This document shows positions 29,862 to 32,000 of a DNA stretch of 32,000 bases, in pieces. Both the position numbers and the translations under genes were made by a program. Origin of the DNA: Candidatus Poseidoniaceae archaeon (GTDB taxonomy: Archaea > Thermoplasmatota > Poseidoniia > Poseidoniales > Poseidoniaceae); assembly GCA_943789275.1 (NCBI GenBank), contig CALSTM010000002.1, positions 90,001 to 122,000 on the forward strand. The letters run 5' to 3'. The notes below the pieces were generated by a model, which saw only the letters and a list, made by a program, of their open reading frames with translations, made no database searches and was not told the origin of the DNA. Every line of letters begins with the position of its first letter. Within the stretch, counting starts at the first letter, position 1.

Positions 29862-30263
29862 ATGTCAGAAACGAGAAAAGTAATTGTTGACGGCGTCGAA
29901 TTTGAAGTCGCCATTGAGGGCGAAGGAAAGACTTGGTCGGCCACAGTTGAAGGAAAAACGTTCCAAATAGAAATCCCAGATGCAGCACCCGTTGCTAAAA
30001 AGAAGAGAACCGGTGGAGGGAAGAAGAAGAAATCCGGCACAGTTTCAGCAAATATCCCGGGCAAGGTTGTCACGGTTGAAGTCAATGAAGGTGACCAAGT
30101 CACTGAAGGACAAGTGATCCTTATTCTTGAAGCAATGAAAATGCAAAATGAAATTCAAGCACCCATCACCGGCACGGTCACCATCGTTCATTGTGAAGAA
30201 GGGCAGGCTATTGAAGCAAATATCCCGCTTGTCGTGATTGAACCTGCACCGGAACCAGAGTGA
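29862..30263 (+). CDS. Biotin carboxyl carrier protein (biotinyl domain)
   Basis: Biotinylation motif EAMKMQNEI in a C-terminal ~70-aa lipoyl/biotinyl fold. Lys-rich linker. GGAAGTGA Shine-Dalgarno-like motif upstream. Confidence 0.9.
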   Translation: MSETRKVIVDGVEFEVAIEGEGKTWSATVEGKTFQIEIPDAAPVAKKKRTGGGKKKKSGTVSANIPGKVVTVEVNEGDQVTEGQVILILEAMKMQNEIQAPITGTVTIVHCEEGQAIEANIPLVVIEPAPEPE

Positions 30264-30270
30264 AAAATAC

Positions 30271-30308
30271 GGTACGAACAAAGTTCTCAGGTACGACCAA
30301 ATACGACC
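30271..30308. repeat. Short direct repeats GGTACGA(A/C)CAAA x2 plus a third TACGACC
   Basis: Read directly. TACGAnC starts at 30273, 30292 and 30302 (spacings 19 and 10 nt) in the intergenic region after the BCCP gene. Confidence 0.7.
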
Positions 30309-30338
30309 CTTAAAGACCTGTCAGCGCTAGTCTCGTCT

Positions 30339-30578
30339 ATGGCCGGGACAGCAGTGTGTGATTTCCCCGGATGCGGAGTCGAAGGTACAATTGTCTCCCG
30401 ACTCTCTCCTGAAGGATACTTGGTCGCCACCGGCAAGAAAGCATACTCCTTTCGAGAAGCCTATCGGCGTTTCCATTACTGCGATGCACACCATGACGAA
30501 TTGATGAGTGGGGTCTGGTCTCGTGTTCGAAAACCTGAGGACAAGAATGAAGGGCATGTGGCACCAACAGCCATTTGA
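30339..30578 (+). CDS. Hypothetical small Cys/His protein (79 aa)
   Basis: ORF with C7, C12, C48, H51/H52 as possible Zn ligands. No Shine-Dalgarno motif and no recognised family. Coding status uncertain. Confidence 0.3.
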   Translation: MAGTAVCDFPGCGVEGTIVSRLSPEGYLVATGKKAYSFREAYRRFHYCDAHHDELMSGVWSRVRKPEDKNEGHVAPTAI

Positions 30579-30583
30579 GATTC

Positions 30584-30595
30584 AAGAAATTTCTT
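30584..30595. repeat. 12-bp perfect palindrome AAGAAATTTCTT
   Basis: Read directly. Starts 6 nt after the stop of the 79-aa ORF and lies ~80 nt upstream of the ATG at 30674. Confidence 0.7.
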
Positions 30596-30673
30596 CGCCA
30601 ACGGCATATTGCACCCTACTGCTCCACAGTAATCATTCCATACGCTGATAAACCAGTATGCTATGGTTTGGCT

Positions 30674-32000
30674 ATGTCCACTCACGAACGTAAAACGGTT
30701 TTACTTCAAATTCGGGCCAGCCTGATGACCACAATGCTTGTTCTAACAAGCTTGAGCCTTGGTGCATTAACTGCCTCTGCAATCGGTCCAAACCAATCTG
30801 ACCTTGGATACAATGGAGACTTGCCAGACAATTCAACTGCAGTTATGAGCAGCCAGGCGGTCATAAATGTCAGTGGGCTTGCACCGTTTTCATCCGGAGT
30901 TTTGTACGGTGAATTCGATGTTGGTGATGACGAGGATTGGTTTACAGTGCAACTCAATGCAAATGAAGGACTAACTGTTGAAATAAGTTATAACACCACG
31001 TACACATCAGCAAACGGCACATCCTACTTCAACGATTTTGAATTGTGGATGTATGATTCTTCGATGAATGTGATGGATTCTTCAATCGGCAACAACCCAG
31101 AAATTGTATCAACAAATTCATCGACATCAGGGCATGGAGGCACTGCATACATACGAATGGTGCGGTATGATGGATACGGTTCATACGGTCTTGAAATGTG
31201 GTCCTTCAGTACCTCGTCGACCGGTGGCAATGGCTCATCGGGAGGAAGCAATGGAAGCTCCATCCCAAACCCATGCACGGGAACTTCCACTTTCCCCGAC
31301 ATTTTAGAACCGAACGACACACCTGCAACAGCAACCTTAGCCTCAATTCTACCCATCGATTGTACTGGCCTAAGTGTTGAAATAAATTCGGCAGGTGTCG
31401 CCAATGATGATTATTACGAAATACAAATGATCAGTGGAGTGACCTATTACTTCAATTTGACATTCACGCACACCAATGGGGATATTGATGCTACTTTGGA
31501 GGATGCGTCTGGAATGTCTCTTTCTTTCAATAATTTTGTCTACATGACTTCTTCTTCAGACAATGAAGCCGCAGAATACACTGCGACGACAAATTCAACG
31601 AACTACTTCAAGGTGTATCATTATTCTTCATTCCCTTCTGGAGCAGTATCAAATGTCTATGACGTTGAAATAACGACGGACTTACCCGGAGGCGGACAAA
31701 CCATTGAATCACTGGGCGTAACTCAAACATCTCTGACGTCCTCGGAAGTGGATGTGTCCGGACTCACATCAGGCACCAACTATACTGTTTCGTATTCATC
31801 CTATCAAGATTTCATGAACGGAACAAGGTCAACCAGCACTTCGAATACCGTACCTTTCACAGCAAACGGAACTCAATACAACACGACATTGACGGTGCAA
31901 AACCCAGTCATGATTGAATCAGAATACTGCACGAGTGTCTCACTTTCTGACGCCTCAGGTGTGCTTTCGACAGATGTTGACTGCACCATTATTGAACTGC
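30674..32000 (+). CDS. Secreted/surface protein with at least two PPC (pre-peptidase C-terminal)-like domains; partial, continues beyond the window
   Basis: Hand-translated from ATG 30674, open to the window end (442 codons). Signal/anchor LMTTMLVLTSLSLGALTASA. First domain has DDEDWFTVQL...FELWMYD. Second has EPNDTPATA...NDDYYEIQM...GDIDATLED. Ser/Thr/Asn-rich. Absent from the ORF track because no stop codon falls inside the window. Confidence 0.8.
   Translation, partial: MSTHERKTVLLQIRASLMTTMLVLTSLSLGALTASAIGPNQSDLGYNGDLPDNSTAVMSSQAVINVSGLAPFSSGVLYGEFDVGDDEDWFTVQLNANEGLTVEISYNTTYTSANGTSYFNDFELWMYDSSMNVMDSSIGNNPEIVSTNSSTSGHGGTAYIRMVRYDGYGSYGLEMWSFSTSSTGGNGSSGGSNGSSIPNPCTGTSTFPDILEPNDTPATATLASILPIDCTGLSVEINSAGVANDDYYEIQMISGVTYYFNLTFTHTNGDIDATLEDASGMSLSFNNFVYMTSSSDNEAAEYTATTNSTNYFKVYHYSSFPSGAVSNVYDVEITTDLPGGGQTIESLGVTQTSLTSSEVDVSGLTSGTNYTVSYSSYQDFMNGTRSTSTSNTVPFTANGTQYNTTLTVQNPVMIESEYCTSVSLSDASGVLSTDVDCTIIEL

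Noticed and set aside
30706-31404. Minus-strand ORFs 30706-30957 and 31024-31404.
   Set aside because: They lie antisense to a 442-codon open frame with a clear signal peptide and PPC-domain motifs. No motifs or ribosome-binding sites support them.

Overview
Archaeal chromosomal window, almost entirely coding. I count about 31 genes. Many are joined by 1-4 nt overlaps or preceded by Shine-Dalgarno motifs of the GGAGGTGATC type, complementary to an archaeal 16S 3' end.

Left third, minus strand: tRNA-Lys(UUU), then the RNA polymerase operon rpoH, unsplit rpoB, rpoA1 (A') and rpoA2 (A''). The polymerase has lineage-specific additions. RpoH and A'' share a paralogous N-terminal module of about 100 aa. 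A' carries an insertion of about 145 aa bracketed by cysteine pairs.

Middle:
- an Mtq2/HemK-type methyltransferase fused to biotin-protein ligase
- an RNase P Pop5-like gene and several membrane proteins
- a divergent tail-less FtsZ paralogue with a small TPR partner
- a five-gene Rieske/cytochrome b operon. Its last gene (942 aa) fuses a subunit-IV-like cytochrome b C-terminal domain to an extracytoplasmic domain and a cytoplasmic HdrD/GlpC-like module (2x[4Fe-4S] plus 2xCCG). This is my best candidate for an undescribed system.

Right third:
- a tightly coupled five-gene minus-strand operon: AsnB-like amidotransferase, GshA-family glutamate-cysteine ligase, polytopic membrane protein, 2x[4Fe-4S] ferredoxin, small membrane protein
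- a propionyl-CoA/methylmalonyl-CoA cluster: MeaB, B12-binding mutase subunit, carboxyltransferase, epsilon-like subunit, BCCP
- a partial secreted PPC-domain protein that runs off the window and is missing from the ORF track

I saw no CRISPR array, transposase, integrase, rRNA or obvious pseudogene. The gene content suggests a streamlined marine Thermoplasmatota-like euryarchaeon such as Marine Group II, but that is inference only. All family calls rest on motif recognition by eye; no database search or HMM was run.
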